Source: Gonapodya sp. JEL0774
Lineage: Eukaryota
Reading direction: 5' to 3'
Assembly: GCA_027604505.1 (NCBI GenBank)
Contig: JADIIX010000045.1
Span: 62,001-126,000, forward strand
DNA: 64,000 bases
Shown here: piece by piece, positions 61,505 to 64,000 of the stretch
How the letters are laid out: the number at the start of each line of letters is the position of its first letter
Position numbering within the stretch: position 1 is the stretch's first letter
Notes under the pieces: generated by a model
The model's input: only the letters and a program-made list of their open reading frames with translations
Database searches by the model: none
Told to the model about the DNA's origin: nothing
Program-made: the position numbers and the translations under genes

Positions 61505-63628
61505 ATGGCGAACCAAACCCCATCTGACAGTTTTCCTGGCGCCGCTTCGATTCCATCGCCGGTTTTTGTCGCTTCCCCTTTACCCCCAACCAACCTTCCC
61601 CAAGACGCGTCCTTCACTGCTAGACGCAGATCCACGCTCCGGCCCGTTGTCGATATGGCCGCACTGCCGCAGCTGCGTGAGACGGCCGCCTCAAATTCAA
61701 CGACGGTGTCTCCTGCTGGCTCCCGCGCTCCCTCCCGCACTCCATCGTTCACCAATAATGGTTCTATTTTGAACGGTTCCTTTGTGAACAACTCTTTCGT
61801 AGCTCCCGCTCCTGGTGTTGCCACAGTCGAGCAGCTTGCGAGGCTGACTCCACAGCAGCAACGCATCGTGCTCATGGCTCAGCGGAGACAAAGTGTCACA
61901 TTAGCCGCCTCGGGAATCCAACTTTCTCAACTACCTGGATCACGGCGGACGTCAAACATCGTGCCTTCGGAGGGTGGCGCTTTGGAACGTGTGTTCTCTG
62001 GTGAACGTGGGACGAACGGGCTGATTGAGCGGGTCTTTTCCACTGAAGAGCGAGGAGAGCCCATCGGTCCGCCTCTAGCTCTCATTCCCGCATCTCGGCG
62101 GGAATCGACCACCACATCCACCGCTGCCGCATTGCTCGTTAGGGTTCTTTCTTCGGATTCTGCCTCTGCAACTGCACCCTTGGCTAACCAGACCGGCTCT
62201 CGCCGCACTTCAACCAGCGACCAGCCAGAAGGTGCGCCCCTGCTTGGTCAGACCTCAAGCTCTCGCCGTGGGTCTCGCATTGCCGGTGGAAATCTTGAGC
62301 GAGTGTTGTCGGGAGAAAGAGGCAGCTTTGCTGGCACAGAGCGCATCATCTCGAGCAAGCTCGAGAGAGTCATGTCAGGTGTAACGCCGGCCGGTCCCAT
62401 TATCCACGAAGACGCACTCGAACTTGAAAATGAAACCAATGACACGATCGATGGAAGCTCCTCTCATGATTCTAAAGGATTCGTGGGGAAACCGGAGCCG
62501 ATCATTTCCCCGTCAACTCCAAACGAAACAGTCCGCCGTATGTCACTTCTCGCCGCGGCCGGTGACAGCGATGACTTCGCTGCCCTCGTGGATGAAGAAG
62601 TGGCAACCCACCTCGTAACTGACCGTGGCCGCCGCCGGAGTTCACGTTCCCACTCACCTACCCGTTCGCTCTCGGTCTCTCAATCTCACTCTGCCCGAGG
62701 ATCAAGTGCTGGGTCGTCAAAAGAACCCAAGTACACCAGCGACGTCTACTCCTCCGACTTCAATGATGACGCACACCTCCTCTCCACCCCCTCCACCGCG
62801 GAGCGGCCTGGCGCCCTCGGATCGTCCCTACCAGCCCTAGCATCGCAAGTGGCTCGTAGCGTACAGCAGCTAGCTGCAGATGCTGCAGAAGTTATCACAC
62901 GAACGGCGGAGGGGTTAGTCCCAAACCTTGGCATGGGCGGGGGCAGCAGAAGAACCAGCCGAACCAAAAGTTTTGACCGCGGGAAAGAGTATACGGGCAT
63001 GCGAAATAGAGGAGCCAGCATGGCCATCAGGGTTCGTATTCCTCCGCCAGTGTTGGGGCTGCATTGACAGTTCGCTGAATTCCAACCGTCAATTTGGCAC
63101 TTCAAAACCGCACATCAACACAAAGAGAGCTCAATTTATTCCCCACAGCACCAACATCCACATGCACGTCCTGGCTGTCTTCACTTTGACATTATTAATC
63201 CTTCTCCTCGCTGATGGGATAGCGATCACGGTCATCGAGCAACAAAGTGTTACAGAAAAGTGGGCGCTAAGTGTCTTGGTGCGTTGGCGTTGTCCGAGGC
63301 CGATGGTTGCTCTCGTCACTGGTTGAGGCTTGCGAACCGTCAAGTTGACCCCTTCTCAATATTTTGACAGATTATGCACGTAGCAACTCTTGGTGTGTTT
63401 GTTCTAGCATTCGTTTACACTAACGAGGCCGGTGATGTGCGGAATCTGTGGCGGGCAATGGGCCTTGGATGTGCGTAATGGAACATGGCACATATGTTGC
63501 ATCTCTATAACCCACATTGCATGTACTCATCTGCGCATTCACCGTCGTTTCCCTTGTCAGTCGTGAACGTTGTCCTGTTCTGCATCAGGATGGGATTGAA
63601 TGTTGGATTTGTAGGATTTCGTCCGTAG
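61505..63628 (+). CDS. Hypothetical membrane protein: about 500-aa Ser/Thr/Arg-rich disordered N-terminus plus small C-terminal multi-TM domain
   Basis: Long first exon (ORF 61502..63067, donor GTTCGT near 63032), then hydrophobic exons HVLAVFTLTLLILLLADGIAITVI, IMHVATLGVFVLAFVY and VNVVLFCIRMGLNVGFVGFRP* with TAG at 63626-63628. Confidence 0.7.
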
Positions 63629-64000
63629 GGCCGGTTTGAGGGTGTACAGAAGGAGAACAGATAGTGTGCCATTGAAAAGTTAGTTCTCCAATGGCGTTAT
63701 GTTGCGTCGTTATGTAATGGGGAATGGCATAGTCCAAAAACACACTCGTGCCATTGGGATGTTCAAGAGTGTTGACCACATTTCCCGTAAACTGAGCATC
63801 CATCTACAGTGGACTACAGAATTTCAGACGCCATCAAAATCGATAACAAAGGACTCAGAGAGGAATTAATTCTCACAAGGAACTCGCGCGGGACAATTCT
63901 CCCGATGTCGAACCATAGCAGGCAAGCATCCAGGAACGCTGAAATGAATGCGCCAGTTGCATCGAAGCCCGCGTCGCCGTTTGCGAGACAATCATCCGCT
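63585..64000 (-). CDS. Possible 3' end of a gene running in from beyond the window
   Basis: Open frames from the window edge to a GTGAGA donor near 63878 and CTGTAG acceptors near 63804-63814. Reading frame and stop are ambiguous and no family was recognised. Confidence 0.25.

Noticed and set aside
1..64000. tRNA, rRNA, spliceosomal snRNA, telomeric repeats or intact LTR/TIR elements
   Set aside because: None recognised by eye; tRNAscan-SE, Infernal and RepeatModeler would be needed to exclude them formally.

Overview
This is gene-dense, intron-rich eukaryotic DNA. Introns are mostly 45-100 nt GT-AG with a few GC-AG, so the six-frame ORF track shows only exon fragments; the gene models below were spliced by eye and exon edges are approximate. 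Fungal-type genes together with a complete axonemal CFAP57/WDR65 gene point to a flagellated (zoosporic) fungus. A chytrid or monoblepharid is my inference, not a verified identification. About 22 protein-coding genes are supported: an RCC1-repeat protein, a divergent CDK8-like kinase, a HAD phosphatase, a CoA-transferase III, MICOS Mic26/27, a UBA/Gly-Gln-Met protein, a FluG-type amidohydrolase, CFAP57, an RNF216-like RBR ligase, a 2-TM sensor/HAMP-like protein, Doa10/MARCH6, MSH5, a TKL kinase-LRR, a USP-domain protein, phosphomannose isomerase, a GcvR-like tandem-ACT protein, a RING/TRAF-type zinc-finger protein, an HSL-family hydrolase, a NIPA Mg2+ transporter and some orphans. I recognised no tRNA, rRNA, CRISPR array or intact transposon. 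The most notable candidates are (1) a bacterial GcvR-like protein with an apparent mitochondrial presequence, (2) a non-RD kinase fused to LRRs encoded by symmetric 84/168-nt exons, and (3) a Cache-like/HAMP receptor with no output domain. No database searches were run, so novelty is unverified.
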